IMG/VR virus record: IMGVR_UViG_3300037047_000284
Location: 1 to 40,070 of that record
Length of the DNA: 40,070 bases
Source of the DNA: a virus
Lineage: Duplodnaviria; Caudoviricetes
Reading direction: 5' to 3' (one strand)
The notes beneath the pieces were generated by a model, which had not been told where the DNA came from, ran no database searches, and saw only the letters and a list, made by a program, of their open reading frames with translations. Positions 8,372 through 18,091 of the stretch are shown here, one piece after another. Every line of letters starts with the position of its first letter. The stretch's first letter is position 1. A program made the translations under genes and the position numbers.

Positions 8372-11300
8372 GCGGCCACCGTCAGCAGTGCATCGCCGCC
8401 CTGGCTCACCCGGTCGAGGGTTTTGCGGGTCTCGCGGGTGTTGGTCTCGATGGCGCTGATGCCGGCGGCCATGCGGGTCATGGAGTCGGCCATGTCGCGC
8501 AGGGCCTGCGCCTGGGCCAGCAGCCCGGCGCCGTTGCCTGCGCCGCCCGCCGCCGGGTTGTACGCCTTGGGCACGATGGCCTCGCCCTTGTGGATCTGCG
8601 CGAGCATGTCTTGCGGCACGTAGTTCGTGCCGACGTCGAACGCGGGGATCTTCAGGCCGTACTTTTTCGAGATGATGGCGCGCGTGTCGGCCAGGCTGGC
8701 GATGGTCGAGGTCTGCAGATACTGCAGGCTGGCCAGGCTGCCGGCCGTGGAGCGCGCGATGTCCAGCACCGCCTGGCTCAGTTCGGGCAGCATGGCCGCA
8801 GCGGCCTGATCGCCCTTGCGCGCCTTGGCGGTCGCATCCTGGAACTGCGCCATGTAGTAGCTCTGGCCCACCGAGCTGTCGCCCAGCAGCTCGCCCTTGA
8901 TGCGGCGGATTTCGTCGCTCAGGCTGTCGGCCACCGATTTCCAGGCGCGCCGGGTTTCTTCCGCTGCGCGCTTGGCGGCTTCGGCCGCGGCGTTGTAGCT
9001 CGACACGGCCGACTTGTAGGCCGGCGCGCGCACGGATCCCGCGGCGATGCTGATGCCGCTGATGGCCTGCTGCACCCCAGAAATCGCAGCGCGGAAGCTC
9101 GGGTCGGCAAAGATCGCGTTCAGGGTGGCGGCCGCGTTCTGCGCCGTGGCCACCACGTTGGCAATCGCCTGCTGGCTGATCGCCTGGCTGATCGGCACAC
9201 CGGCCGCGATGGCGGTGAAGATGGGCTGGATGATCTGCCCCGTGAATACGCTGGCGATCTGCCCGGCGTACTGCCCGGCGATGGCGTTGTAAATCCCGCC
9301 GATCACCATGTCGCTCAGCTGCTCGCCCACCTGGGCCTGCGAGATGCGGCCCAGCATGCCGTTGGTGATGATGTCGGCGATGCCGCCGGCCGTGATGCCG
9401 ACGTCTTGCATGCTCTTGGTGATGCCTTCGATGAACTCTTTGAACTGTTCCTCGTTCATCTTCAGGCCGGGGATGTTGTTCAACATCTGGCGCTGCAGCT
9501 TCTCCATGGCTTCGCCGTAGCGCTGCGCGGCCTCTTCGCCGGTCTTCACGCCCTTCAGGTTGATCTTGAGCGAGCCGCTGTAGTTGTCGATCGCCTCGGT
9601 GCTGTAGCCCATGGCCTGGGCCATGGCGCGGGCGCTCTCGCGCACGTTCTCGATGCCGGCGCGCAGCTCGTCGGCGTCCTGCTTGTTCACGTCTTGCGTG
9701 ACGGTTTTGTTCGAACGGAACAGGCCGCCCTTGTAGTACTCGTAGCCCTTCACATCGACGTCAGCGCCGTCGATGTTGGCCTGGTAGCCGTAGCCCTTGA
9801 GCTTGCGGCCGATCAGCGTGGCCATGCGCGTGGTGCCGCTGAAGATGTCGGCCCACTTCTCGTTCATGCCCACGGCGTCCATCAGGCGGCGCTGGTTCGT
9901 GGCCTCCAGGGCCAGGATGCCGTTGCTCATCCAGTTCCGGGCGCCGCTGTCCCCGGTGGTGGTGTTGCCACGGCCGTAGGTGTATTGGCCCAGGCTGTTG
10001 TTGTCGCCCGCCTTGCTGCTGTTCACGCCCAGGGCCGTGCGGTTGTAGCCGGTGGAATACAGGTTCTCGGCCACCTTGACCGCGGCGACGATCAGGGCCG
10101 CGTAGCCGGCGTAGGTCATCAGGCTGGTGCTGGCGCTGCTGGCGGCGCCCGCGGTGCCGGCCGTGGAGGCGGTGCCAGCCGCTGCGGTGCTCGCAGCAGC
10201 GCCGCCGGCAGAACCAGCCGTGCCCGTGGTGCCGTAGGCCGATGCCGCGGCCGCAGCAGCCCCACCGCTGCCCGCGCTGGCTCCTGCGCCGGAGCTGGCG
10301 GCCGCCGCGCCGGCGCCCTTGGTGTAGGCGTCGTAAGCCTTGCCGGCCATGCTGAGCCAGTCCGTACCGCCCCCGGTGCCACCGCCCAACACACCCGAGA
10401 GCAGCTGCCCCCACTGCGTGGAGGCCATGGCCGACACGATGGCGCGCGTGATGGCGGTGGCGATCTCGCGCGCCACCACGGTCTTGAAGTAGTTCGTGAG
10501 CGAGTCGCCCATGTTTTCGCCGAAGCTCTTGCCGTTCTCAAACCCGCGCATGAGCGCGTCGGTCAGGCCCGATTCGATGGAGTCGGCGGTTTTCTGCCAA
10601 GCGTCGGCGGCTTCTTTGGCCGCGTCGATGCCGGTCTGCTTGGCCGCGCTCTCGCGCTTGAGCGAGGCCAGCGCCTGCAGCTGGGCGGCTTCGTCGCGGT
10701 AGGTGGCGCCCAGGCGCCCGCTCCAGTCGATCTCGTCGGCGATGGCGGCCAGGCGCAGTTTGCTGGCGGCGGTCTCGCTCAGCTTGGCGGCCTCCAGCTC
10801 GGCCACGGCGTTGCGCGAGAGGCCCATGGCCGCGATCGCTTCGCGCTCCTGCGTCACTTGCGCGCCCACCGAAGCGGCGGCGTTCAACCGGCCGTTGATG
10901 GTGTCCTCGTAGGCCTTGGCATCGTCCTCGCGCGCTTTCGCCAGCGCCTTCACGGCATCGGCTTCCTCGCGCGCCAGCGCCACGGCAAAGGGCTGCTTGT
11001 CCAGCAGCTTGGCCTGGGCGTCGGTCAGGCCCTCCAGCGACAGCTGGCCCTTGGCGTAGATGGTGTTCAGGCGCTCCCAGTCGGTGGAGAACGAGGCCGT
11101 CAGGCCCGAGAGTTCGGCCAGCAGCTTGGACTGCTCGGCGATCTCGCGGCTGGCGGCGTCGGCGCCCGATGCGCCGCGCCCGCCGCCCTTGGTGTACTGC
11201 TTGCGGATGCGCGATTCCACCTCGGGGGTGTACAGATCGCCCAGCGCGCTTTTCTGGCTCGCGATCTCTTTGGCCATCTTCTCGCCATCGGTGGCGTATT

Positions 11301-12831
11301 TGCCCATGAAGCCGTCCAGCGCAGCCTTGCGTTTGTCGTAGTCCGCGCGCTGGGCCCGGGCCAGGGCCGCGTCACCGCTGCCCACGCTGCCCACCGGGCC
11401 GGCGTTGCCCGTCATGGCGGCCTGCTTGCGTTTTGCCTCTTCCAGCTTCTGGATGTACTGGTCGAGCTGGTTGAGCTCGCTCTTGATGTAGATGTTGTCG
11501 GGCGCACGGGCCAGGCGGGCGGCCAGGGCGTCGTACTCCCCGCGCGCATTGACCAGCTTCTCGTTCATCAGCTCCATCTGCACCGCCACCGGCTTCAGGT
11601 TGTCGGGCACCAGGTCGAGGCTGGAATTGAGGTCGAACACGCCCAGCGTCAGCTTGTCAAGCGCGAACCGGCTCACGTTGGCCATGTCCTGCAGGATCTG
11701 AAAAGCCACACGACCCGTTGCCGCGCCGGCCACGTTGCCCGTGGTCTCCCAGAACCCGGCGCCGCTTTCTTTGGCCTTGTCCAGCACATCGCCCAGAATG
11801 CCGAGTTCGGTGCTCAGGTGCTTGACCTGCTGGCTCATGGCGTCGCCAACGCCGCCCTGGTTGACCTTGAGAAGAAGGCCTTCCCACGAGTCCGCCAGGT
11901 TGCTGATGGCGCCGTCCAGCGTCTTGGCGCGTTCGTCCATGGCGCTGGCGAAGTCCACCTCGCCGATCTGGCGCAGGTAGCGCGTGATCTCGTCGGCGCT
12001 GTTGCCGATGGTGGTGGTGATGCCCTTGAAGGTGAGCGAGACTTCGTCTCCGTCTTTGCGGGCCTTGATGCCGAATTCCTTCAGGCGCTCAAACTCGCCG
12101 GTCGACGCGTCGGCCACGGCTTCGATCATCTGGTTGATGTTCTTGCCCATGGCGCTGGCGGTGTTGCCGTAGCTGCGCAGGCTGGCTTCGCTGGCGTCGA
12201 GTCCAAGCGACTTCATCTTCACGAACGCCTGCGTGACTTCGGCCAGCTGGTAAGGCGTGGTGGCCGCGAACTTGCGGATCCAGTCCATCTCGCGCGAGGC
12301 GTTGGCGCTGCTGCCGGTGACCGTGATCAGGCTGGAATTCAGGATGTCGAACTCGCGCTGCACCGCCACCAGCTTGCCGGTGAAGTTCAGCACGGCGGCG
12401 CCCGAGAACGCCGCCGCCAGCATGGGGCCCACGCTGCCCAGGCGGGCCGCCCAGCCCTCGGTGGCGGCCGTGGCGCCTACGGTCTTGACCTTGGCGGCGT
12501 CGAGCTGGTCCAGCAGCGGCTTGAGGGCGCTGGTGTTCACGCCGCGCGCGTTGGCCAGGGCCTCCCAGTATTCGCGGCTGCTCTTGCTGCCGGCCTTCTG
12601 CTCGGCCACCAGGCGCTGCAGGCTGGCCTGCATGCTGCGCGTGGCGCTCTCGACCTTCTTGGCCGAGGCATCGCCACCGGTGCCGATGCCGGTGAGCCCG
12701 GCGGCGGCGTCCTGGCCGGCCTTCTTGGCGGTGTCGCCCAGGCTGGCCAGCGATCGCTTGGCCTTGCCCACGCCGGCTTCAACGCCAGACGCGTCCGCGC
12801 CAATCTTGATCTCGGTGTTGAGGTCAGACAT
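8368..12831 (-). CDS. Tail tape measure protein (1487 aa)
   Basis: Length and Ala-rich helical composition; tape-measure domain (FAATTPYQL...GEFERLKEFGI); C-terminal AFDVGTNYVPQDMLAQIHKGEAIVP. Confidence 0.93.
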   Translation of the reverse strand: MSDLNTEIKIGADASGVEAGVGKAKRSLASLGDTAKKAGQDAAAGLTGIGTGGDASAKKVESATRSMQASLQRLVAEQKAGSKSSREYWEALANARGVNTSALKPLLDQLDAAKVKTVGATAATEGWAARLGSVGPMLAAAFSGAAVLNFTGKLVAVQREFDILNSSLITVTGSSANASREMDWIRKFAATTPYQLAEVTQAFVKMKSLGLDASEASLRSYGNTASAMGKNINQMIEAVADASTGEFERLKEFGIKARKDGDEVSLTFKGITTTIGNSADEITRYLRQIGEVDFASAMDERAKTLDGAISNLADSWEGLLLKVNQGGVGDAMSQQVKHLSTELGILGDVLDKAKESGAGFWETTGNVAGAATGRVAFQILQDMANVSRFALDKLTLGVFDLNSSLDLVPDNLKPVAVQMELMNEKLVNARGEYDALAARLARAPDNIYIKSELNQLDQYIQKLEEAKRKQAAMTGNAGPVGSVGSGDAALARAQRADYDKRKAALDGFMGKYATDGEKMAKEIASQKSALGDLYTPEVESRIRKQYTKGGGRGASGADAASREIAEQSKLLAELSGLTASFSTDWERLNTIYAKGQLSLEGLTDAQAKLLDKQPFAVALAREEADAVKALAKAREDDAKAYEDTINGRLNAAASVGAQVTQEREAIAAMGLSRNAVAELEAAKLSETAASKLRLAAIADEIDWSGRLGATYRDEAAQLQALASLKRESAAKQTGIDAAKEAADAWQKTADSIESGLTDALMRGFENGKSFGENMGDSLTNYFKTVVAREIATAITRAIVSAMASTQWGQLLSGVLGGGTGGGTDWLSMAGKAYDAYTKGAGAAAASSGAGASAGSGGAAAAAASAYGTTGTAGSAGGAAASTAAAGTASTAGTAGAASSASTSLMTYAGYAALIVAAVKVAENLYSTGYNRTALGVNSSKAGDNNSLGQYTYGRGNTTTGDSGARNWMSNGILALEATNQRRLMDAVGMNEKWADIFSGTTRMATLIGRKLKGYGYQANIDGADVDVKGYEYYKGGLFRSNKTVTQDVNKQDADELRAGIENVRESARAMAQAMGYSTEAIDNYSGSLKINLKGVKTGEEAAQRYGEAMEKLQRQMLNNIPGLKMNEEQFKEFIEGITKSMQDVGITAGGIADIITNGMLGRISQAQVGEQLSDMVIGGIYNAIAGQYAGQIASVFTGQIIQPIFTAIAAGVPISQAISQQAIANVVATAQNAAATLNAIFADPSFRAAISGVQQAISGISIAAGSVRAPAYKSAVSSYNAAAEAAKRAAEETRRAWKSVADSLSDEIRRIKGELLGDSSVGQSYYMAQFQDATAKARKGDQAAAAMLPELSQAVLDIARSTAGSLASLQYLQTSTIASLADTRAIISKKYGLKIPAFDVGTNYVPQDMLAQIHKGEAIVPKAYNPAAGGAGNGAGLLAQAQALRDMADSMTRMAAGISAIETNTRETRKTLDRVSQGGDALLTVAA

Positions 12832-12885
12832 TCAAGGGTTCCCGGTTGGGGTTGTTGTTTCGGGGGGCGCGTGCGGGGCGCCCGG

Positions 12886-13158
12886 CTACTGGCCGGCCTT
12901 GCGGTTCATCACCTCAAGGGCTGCGTGTTCCATGGTTTCGAGGTCGCCGAGCAGCGCATCCCACTCGTTGGCGTTCATGCCCAGGCGGTCCATGAGCGGG
13001 TAGACGGCCTCCCAGTGGATGCCTGACACGCCGCCCATGGCACCGAAGTTCCAGCGGGTGCCGATGCGCTGGAACATCTGCAGGGCTGGCCAGTTCTCGG
13101 GCCAGACTTCGACGATGTCGCCCTCGTAGTCTTCGGGCTCGAAGCCAGCGGACCGCAT
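12886..13158 (-). CDS. Tail assembly chaperone, second ORF (gpT/DUF1799-like), probably made as a -1 frameshift fusion
   Basis: VWPENW...TRW motif; frame open back to slippery site GGGAAAC at 13215-13209. Confidence 0.8.
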   Translation of the reverse strand: MRSAGFEPEDYEGDIVEVWPENWPALQMFQRIGTRWNFGAMGGVSGIHWEAVYPLMDRLGMNANEWDALLGDLETMEHAALEVMNRKAGQ

Positions 13159-13205
13159 TTCTTCAAGGGTGGGCGCCCGCTCGTGCAGCGCGCGGGCGAC
13201 CTCTT

Positions 13206-13517
13206 TCAGTTTCCCAGGCGGGCAGCGCTCAGTTCATTGAGGTAGGTCTCGATCACGGCGCGCGCGGCGCCGATGTAGGCCTCGCACAGCTGCTCGATGG
13301 CTTCGCGACCGAAGTCGTCGGCCAGCTCCCAGCCGGTGGCGATGGCGAGGATCGCATCCACGTCTTCCATGTCGCGCAGGGATTCCGTGAAGGCCTTGAA
13401 TTCCGTTTTGGTGCGGCCCTTGAAGATGAACTCCACCGGCGTGGGCTTTTTGCCGGGCACGGGGATCAGCACGTTGGTCTTGAATGTGGTGGCGGCGGTG
13501 AGAACGAGTTTGGCCAT
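13206..13517 (-). CDS. Tail assembly chaperone (gpG-like)
   Basis: Between tail tube and tape measure; ends RLGN at G GGA AAC slippery heptamer. Confidence 0.85.
   Translation of the reverse strand: MAKLVLTAATTFKTNVLIPVPGKKPTPVEFIFKGRTKTEFKAFTESLRDMEDVDAILAIATGWELADDFGREAIEQLCEAYIGAARAVIETYLNELSAARLGN
13209..13215 (-). other. Programmed -1 ribosomal frameshift site GGGAAAC
   Basis: X XXY YYZ heptamer just before the stop; the -1 frame continues without a stop into 13158..12886. Confidence 0.85.
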
Positions 13518-13644
13518 GGTGTGAAAGTCTTTCGAGGGGATGGAAATACATGCCCGTGGCCCACCCACCCGCACCCCTCGAAGGATGCGAAGCGGGCAGG
13601 CTCGGTGCTCGGTGGTGTGGCGGCCGTGGCCGCCGGGGTGGGTC

Positions 13645-14295
13645 TTACAGGGCGGCGTAGCGGGTCAGGCGGCCGTTGCCGTTGATGGCGACCGTGTTGG
13701 TCATGATCGAACCGTCGGGCATCTTCACGTTCTCGTTGATCGCCACGCGGCAGGGCGTGTAGATCGCCACGCCAGACTTGAGCGTCTTCTTCAGCACGGT
13801 GTCGGTCTGCACGTCGGTCAGCGTCACCAGGGCGGTGTAGCCAGCCTGGCCGAACTCGTCGGCATCGATGTCGAAGCCCTCGGTGATGGCCGTGAAGCCG
13901 TCGTTGAGGTTTTCTTCCACATCGGATTCCAGGAACTTGACGGTGATGTTCTTCGGATCGCCACCGCTGTTGGTTGGGTTCAGGATCTTGTTGATCTGCT
14001 GGAACGTGCTGACCTTGCGCACCGTTCCCACGCCAGAGCCCGCTGGGAAAAAATCGGTGTTGGTGGTGTTGATGCCTTCGAGCAGGAACGCATCCGTCGT
14101 GGGCGTCTTGACGCGCGCCACGCGGCGGTTCAGGCGGCCCCAGCCCGAGTAGAGCTGGACAATGTCGCCGGCCGAGTAGCCGTGTGCCGTGACAGACACG
14201 GAAGCCTCGGCAGCGTTGGTGATGGCCGAAACAGCCTTCGCGGTGGCGAAGGCGGTGGCGAGGGAGATGATCGTTCCGGAGGGTACGGATGCCAT
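13645..14295 (-). CDS. Major tail (tube) protein
   Basis: 216 aa; position; AITNAAEA...HG...GDIV...SGW pattern; RBS AAAGGA. Confidence 0.85.
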   Translation of the reverse strand: MASVPSGTIISLATAFATAKAVSAITNAAEASVSVTAHGYSAGDIVQLYSGWGRLNRRVARVKTPTTDAFLLEGINTTNTDFFPAGSGVGTVRKVSTFQQINKILNPTNSGGDPKNITVKFLESDVEENLNDGFTAITEGFDIDADEFGQAGYTALVTLTDVQTDTVLKKTLKSGVAIYTPCRVAINENVKMPDGSIMTNTVAINGNGRLTRYAAL

Positions 14296-14333
14296 GGTGA
14301 TTTTCCTTTCTTGCGGAAGCCGCGAGCGGCAAC

Positions 14334-14421
14334 AAAAAACCGCCGGGCAGAATTGCGCGGCGGCCGGTTACGCCCTCGCGGGCGGGTACAAAAAAGCCGC
14401 CTCGAATTGCTCCGGGCGGCT
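14334..14421 (-). terminator. Two tandem intrinsic terminators inside the late operon
   Basis: Minus strand: AGCCGCC..GGCGGCT+T-run (14421-14390) and GCCGCCG..CGGCGGT+T-run (14364-14334). Confidence 0.65.
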
Positions 14422-14461
14422 CTTGCTGGGGTGGCCTTGCGGCCGGTGTTGTTCTGCTGGT

Positions 14462-14818
14462 CTACGGGGTCGACCAGATCGAAAAATCTTGCTGACTCGA
14501 GTACAGGCCCGTGTCGGGTTCGTAGCCCGAGATCCGAGCCCCGATGGGCTCAGCCTGGAACGCTGTGGCGCCCACGATCGCGTCGGCCACCAGCTTGGAC
14601 AGATCGCGCGCAGCCAGGCGCGTGCTGGCCCAGCAGGCGATCTGCATGCGACCGTTTTCCTTGTCGGGCAGCGCGCCCTCGGTGTAGGCGAAGGCCGATC
14701 CGCCCACCTGCTGGTAGACGATGCGCGGCAGCGCGCTGCCCTCGGGCGCCACATCGGGGTACACCCGGCCCGACACCAGGGAGGTCAGCACGGTGAAGAC
14801 GATGGCTTCGGCGCTCAT
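14462..14818 (-). CDS. Tail terminator / completion protein (DUF3168-like)
   Basis: GRVYPDVAP...PRIVYQQVGG...RMQIACWA motif; position. Confidence 0.8.
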   Translation of the reverse strand: MSAEAIVFTVLTSLVSGRVYPDVAPEGSALPRIVYQQVGGSAFAYTEGALPDKENGRMQIACWASTRLAARDLSKLVADAIVGATAFQAEPIGARISGYEPDTGLYSSQQDFSIWSTP

Positions 14819-15243
14819 GATGTGGCTTTCTTGACCTCGGCGACCATGCGCGAGTTCGCGGCCTGCAGGGCGCGGCGCTGGGCGGCGTCGTACGCCGGGC
14901 GCAGGAACGGGCGGGCGGGCGTCTTGCTGGTGCCGAACTCGACAAACCGGGCGTAAAAGGCATCGCGCTTGTTCCACGACACGCGGTAGGAGGCCCTGCC
15001 CTGGCCAGAGTCTTTGTCCATGAACGCCTGGTAGATCGCGGCGCGCAGGTTGCCCGTCTGGTAGGTCTGTTTTTTGCCCTTGGTGCTGTGCACCTTGGTG
15101 CCCACGGGGGCGCGCTGGCGCACTTCGTCGTAGAACACCTGGGCGCCGGCCTGGGCGGCGGGGCGCACGGCGCCCTCGGCGGCCTGGGTGATCTTGTCCA
15201 GCTTCGCGGCCAGCGCGCTGAAGTTGAAGTCGACGGTGATCAT
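14815..15243 (-). CDS. HK97 gp10-family neck/tail protein
   Basis: TGNLR...FVEFGTSK.PARPFLRPAYD motif. Confidence 0.88.
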   Translation of the reverse strand: MITVDFNFSALAAKLDKITQAAEGAVRPAAQAGAQVFYDEVRQRAPVGTKVHSTKGKKQTYQTGNLRAAIYQAFMDKDSGQGRASYRVSWNKRDAFYARFVEFGTSKTPARPFLRPAYDAAQRRALQAANSRMVAEVKKATS

Positions 15244-15572
15244 GCGGCCACCACCTGGCACACCAGATCGGTCCACTGGCGGCCCGCTTCGTCGGGCAGC
15301 ACGGCGCTGATCTCGTACACCGTGGCGCCGTGCAGCAGGCGCATGCCGGCGGTCAGGCCGGCCCGGTACCGGATGCGCACGCTGGCCTGCACCACCGACA
15401 CCACGGCGTCGGCCTTGATGGCCTCCAGCCCGCCCGGGTGGCGAATGTGGGCCCACACGGTGGCGACGTCGGCCCAGGTGGTCAGCGGCTGGCCGGTGGC
15501 GTCTTGCCCGGCGCTGCGCGACTGGATGATCACCAGGCTGTTCAGGCGACCGGCTTGCATGGCGGGGCCCAT
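15240..15572 (-). CDS. Head closure / head-tail adaptor (SPP1 gp16-like); alternative start 15560
   Basis: MQAGRLN...DATGQP..TW.DVATVWA...IRYR motif. Confidence 0.88.
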   Translation of the reverse strand: MGPAMQAGRLNSLVIIQSRSAGQDATGQPLTTWADVATVWAHIRHPGGLEAIKADAVVSVVQASVRIRYRAGLTAGMRLLHGATVYEISAVLPDEAGRQWTDLVCQVVAA

Positions 15573-15574
15573 GG

Positions 15575-16147
15575 TCAGACGGCCCAGACCTTGTAGCCGT
15601 CGAGCAGGCTGTCGGCAAAGCCCTGCGCCACGACCGGGCGCTCGGCGCTGCGCTCGCGGTTGGTGTACATGTCGCCAATGGCCAGCAGGATCCAGGCCTT
15701 GATGGGCGCGGGCACCTTGTCGGCCGTGGTGCCGTAGCCGGCCTTGTAGACCAGTTCGACGGCGCCAATGCGGTCCTGCGTGGTGGGCCAGGTGTCCACC
15801 ACCTCGACGCGGTGGCCGCTCAGGCGGTAGGCGCTGGCGGCCAGCGTCTGCTGCGTCTCGTCGGCGTCGAAGTACTTGAGTGTGTCCACGCTGATGATGG
15901 GGCCGCGTTCCAGGCGGATCACGTCGCAGGGGAAGGCGTCGGCTTCAAGCTTCCAGGTGGTCTGCAGCAGGCTGCGCTGCAGGCGCTCTTCGCAGTCGGT
16001 GCGCGCGGCGGTGATCAGCGCGGCAATGAGCGCGTCTTCCGGGTGCACGGCCACGTCGGCCAGGCTGGCGATCACGCGCAGGTGCAGCTTGGCCTCTTGC
16101 AGCGTGACGGGCTCGACACTGGCGTCGGTGATTTTGGTGAGGCTCAT
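15575..16147 (-). CDS. Head-tail connector (HK97 gp6-like)
   Basis: EPVTLQEAKLHLR...LITAAR...AGYG...VPAPIK..ILL...Y.NRE. Confidence 0.9.
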   Translation of the reverse strand: MSLTKITDASVEPVTLQEAKLHLRVIASLADVAVHPEDALIAALITAARTDCEERLQRSLLQTTWKLEADAFPCDVIRLERGPIISVDTLKYFDADETQQTLAASAYRLSGHRVEVVDTWPTTQDRIGAVELVYKAGYGTTADKVPAPIKAWILLAIGDMYTNRERSAERPVVAQGFADSLLDGYKVWAV

Positions 16148-16227
16148 GGTGTGGGGTGGTGTTCCGTGCTCTGCAAAGCGCCCTCCGGCGCGGTGGCGGG
16201 AGGGCGTTTCACGCAGCAGTCTGGGGA

Positions 16228-16650
16228 TCAGACAGGCGGGTTGGCCGTGGGCGCGAGCTGGGGATGGCCCAGCACCGCCACGGCGCTCACCAGCGCGGCG
16301 CTGGCGTTGGCCACCGGGGTGATGGTCAGGCGCGTGTAGCGCTTGCTGCCGATGTAGCCGAGCTTGCGCGTCTCGTTGTCGTCGTCGAACTGGAAGGCGG
16401 CCAGGACTTCAGTGCCCAGCAGATCGGCGTCGGCCACGGCGGTGGCGCCGGCCATGTTGGAGGCGTCGCTCTCTTCCAGCAGCACAGTGAAGGTCGCGTC
16501 GGCGTCGGCAATGGAGCCGGTAGCGATCACGTAGGTGAGCGACTCGAAGCCGCTCTTGTCGATGATTTCACCGACCAGGGCGGTGGTGTCGGCCACGCTC
16601 ACGGGGGAGATCACACGCTTCGCGTGAATCTTGTTCATCAGGTCTTTCAT
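16228..16650 (-). CDS. Putative head structural/decoration protein
   Basis: 140 aa beta-rich protein between capsid and connector; GYIGSKRY motif. Confidence 0.55.
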   Translation of the reverse strand: MKDLMNKIHAKRVISPVSVADTTALVGEIIDKSGFESLTYVIATGSIADADATFTVLLEESDASNMAGATAVADADLLGTEVLAAFQFDDDNETRKLGYIGSKRYTRLTITPVANASAALVSAVAVLGHPQLAPTANPPV

Positions 16651-16724
16651 GACGATTCCAATCTAAAAAAAATGGGGGGTTTTGGAGCGCCGCCGCCAGC
16701 GGGCTGGCGGCGGTGCTGGCGGGA

Positions 16725-18080
16725 TCAGGAGGCGAACTGCATCAGCTTGATGGCTTCGAAGTTCTGCACACCACCACCGAAGCGGCGGCGGAAGTTGAAC
16801 TTCGTCTTGCCCTTGCTGGTGATGTTGTCGCGGATCACCACGGTGCCCGAGCGGTTGACCACCACGTAGCCCTGGCGGAAATTGCCAAAGGCCAGCGAGT
16901 AGCTGGACGAACCCAGGGCGGGCATGTTGTCGTCGATCTCCACCGGGCTGCCGAGCAGGCGGCCACCGAAGCCGCTGAGCGGGTCAGGTTGCCACAGGTA
17001 GAAGGCGCCCGAGCCGTCCTTCATCTGGCGCACCTTGGCCAGCACGGCATCGCTGGTGACCCAGGCCGCGCCGGTGCGGTACTGGGCTTTCAGGGCGTGC
17101 TGCAGATCGATGATCTTGTCGGCCGGGTTGCTGGCGGCGAAGTCAGCCGATGCGCCCGACTTGATGTAGCCGATCTTGCCCCAGGCGTAGCTGGCGTTGG
17201 CCACGGTGTCGTAAGCCGTGATGCCGCGGGCCGAGCCCACGCCGGTGCCCACGGCGAACTCGCTGCCGGCCAGCTCGGCGAAGGCGATGGAGGCTTCTTC
17301 GGCCAGATCGGCTTCGAGGTTGACGATGGCGTCTTCCAGCGTCTCGTTGAAGATCCAGGGCTCGGCTTCGGCGGTGTGCGCGGTGAACTCGAGCTCGGCG
17401 TACTTCGGGTTGGTGGTCTCGCCACCGGTGGCGCCGGGGCCCACGCGGCGGGCCGACATGCCGGCGGTCTTGGCAACCTTCTTCCAGCTCTCGGTGCCCA
17501 CGGTGACCTGGCGCGCCAGGCGGCCGATGGCGCTGGTGATGCCGACCACGCGGATGATCTCGGCGTCCATCTCGGGCAGCACCAGGTAGCCGCCATCGGG
17601 GCCGCTGCCGCTGTTGTAGGCCTTGCGCTGCAGGTCTTGCAGGCCGTTGTCGTCGCCCTTGCGCAGGAACTTGCCGAAGGCCTGTTTGTATTCGGCCTGC
17701 TCGGGCGTGAGCTGCTTGCCGTCGGACTGGGGGCGGTTGGCCTTCTTGGCGATCTCGACCAGATCGGCATTGAACTTGCTCAGCTCGCCGTTGATCTTGT
17801 CCACCGTGGTCTGCAGGTCGGAGACCGCCTTGCCTTCGGCCTTGGCCTTGAGCAGTTCGTCGTTCTTGCGGGTGAATTCGCCCCAGGCTTCGCCTTGCTT
17901 GTCGAGCAGCGACTTGATTTCCTTCATGTCGATCTCGCCCGACATGGCCATGGGCAGCATGCCCACGCCAGCCAGGACGGCGGGGTCGATCAGCGGGTGG
18001 CCGAACATGGCGAAGGCGGCCATGACGGCGACGATGGCCAGCAGGCCGAACGTCAGGTGTTTGCGGGTAATGGAGTGCAT
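16725..18080 (-). CDS. Major capsid protein, HK97 fold
   Basis: Coiled-coil delta domain; DGGYLV.PE; LLGSPV; FGNF..GY.VVNR; RRFGGGV.NFEAIK. Confidence 0.95.
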   Translation of the reverse strand: MHSITRKHLTFGLLAIVAVMAAFAMFGHPLIDPAVLAGVGMLPMAMSGEIDMKEIKSLLDKQGEAWGEFTRKNDELLKAKAEGKAVSDLQTTVDKINGELSKFNADLVEIAKKANRPQSDGKQLTPEQAEYKQAFGKFLRKGDDNGLQDLQRKAYNSGSGPDGGYLVLPEMDAEIIRVVGITSAIGRLARQVTVGTESWKKVAKTAGMSARRVGPGATGGETTNPKYAELEFTAHTAEAEPWIFNETLEDAIVNLEADLAEEASIAFAELAGSEFAVGTGVGSARGITAYDTVANASYAWGKIGYIKSGASADFAASNPADKIIDLQHALKAQYRTGAAWVTSDAVLAKVRQMKDGSGAFYLWQPDPLSGFGGRLLGSPVEIDDNMPALGSSSYSLAFGNFRQGYVVVNRSGTVVIRDNITSKGKTKFNFRRRFGGGVQNFEAIKLMQFAS

Positions 18081-18091
18081 GGTGGTCTTTC

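Noticed and set aside
8362-13026. 1554-aa plus-strand ORF and other long antisense ORFs (4..1776, 16713..18416, 24033..25652, 32213..34006)
   Set aside because: Shadow frames of high-GC genes; no motifs, and the opposite strand encodes recognisable proteins
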